A stretch of 64,000 bases of DNA. Source: an uncultured delta proteobacterium (lineage in GTDB: Bacteria > Desulfobacterota > Desulfobacteria > Desulfobacterales > B30-G6). A model generated the notes under the pieces. The model ran no database searches and was not told where the DNA came from. It was given only the letters and a program-made list of their open reading frames with translations. The position numbers and the translations under genes are program-made. This document shows positions 63,326-64,000 of this stretch, in pieces. The stretch covers positions 1,888,001 to 1,952,000 of the forward strand of contig CAWGLD010000001.1 of NCBI GenBank assembly GCA_963823335.1. The letters are read 5' to 3'. The first letter of the stretch is position 1. Each line of letters starts with the position of its first letter.

Positions 63326-64000
63326 GTGGCCTGGTTAGAGTATGGACATGTGAAGATCTATTATGAAGACGTGGGTGAAGGCGAACCGATTATCACCAGT
63401 CACGGTCTGATGGAGGACTGCGGGTATTGGAGCGAGACCGGGATGACTACCAGACTGGCCGAAGGCTATCGAGTGATTTCCATGGATATGCGGGGCCACG
63501 GGCGCACCGTGGTCGACGGTGAGCCTTACGGCTTCGATGTTGGGACCATAGCCAATGATTTCAGCGTTCTGGCGGATGCCCTCGGTCTGGACCGCTTCCA
63601 CATACTACTCACGCCACCGGCGGCATGGCTGCCGTGCGGTATGCCATGACCACCTCGGAGCGATTCGTCAGCCTGATGCTGACCGACACTAGTTCGGCCA
63701 CGGCTGGGGAGTTTCCCGGTGTTAGGATACGGATGAGATGCGCAAGGGTCATCAAATGGTGGCCGAGCCCGTAAAGCCGCCACGGTTGAGGAGTGGATGA
63801 CCCTGGCCATGCCGATCCCGGCCCGTTTCTTTTCAAGATGGCCAAACATCCCGACCGTGAGCGCATGTGGACACTGTGTGGGGTTTCCGCGCACGATGCG
63901 GTGGCCATCAGAACTTCATGATGAGTTTTTATACCGATCCCAGCCCCATGGTGGAGGGCCTCCGGCAGATCCAGTCCCCGACCCTGGTACTGCTCGGTGA
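63326..64000 (+). CDS. Alpha/beta hydrolase, frameshifted and running off the window end
   Basis: IYYEDVGEGEPIITSHG, RVISMDMRGHGRT; AGGAGG SD before GTG. Confidence 0.85.

Overview
Gene-dense window from an anaerobic bacterium, most likely a Desulfobacterales-like deltaproteobacterium (inferred from gene content). No rRNA, tRNA, CRISPR array or transposase was seen. From left to right: (1) a Crp/Fnr regulator, a sulfite/nitrite-reductase-like 4Fe-4S protein fused to a copper-chaperone domain, System II cytochrome c maturation genes, an M1 peptidase-ChaN-PDZ fusion, a rubrerythrin-like protein and a sigma-54 two-component system; (2) a beta-keto acid cleavage enzyme, acetoacetate-CoA ligase, an amidase remnant and an orphan malonate decarboxylase alpha subunit; (3) the best candidate for an undescribed pathway: an Asp-rich small protein, lysine 2,3-aminomutase, two divergent Ddl-like ATP-grasp ligases and a GNAT-deacetylase-GNAT fusion; (4) a PAS kinase, sigma-54 activator and archaemetzincin converging on a sigma-54-driven, Cys-rich H-protein homologue that lacks the lipoyl lysine; (5) a cold-shock/RNA-chaperone cluster; (6) a long acyl-CoA/beta-oxidation catabolic region with a cytoplasmic DmsAB-like molybdoenzyme, tungsten AOR, a FadE24/FadE23-like pair, amidases and several gene remnants. 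Intergenic spaces carry several families of structured palindromic repeats, two of them showing compensatory base changes. From about 39 kb onward many genes carry single-base frameshifts, probably consensus errors rather than true pseudogenes. All product calls come from motif recognition by eye, not database searches.
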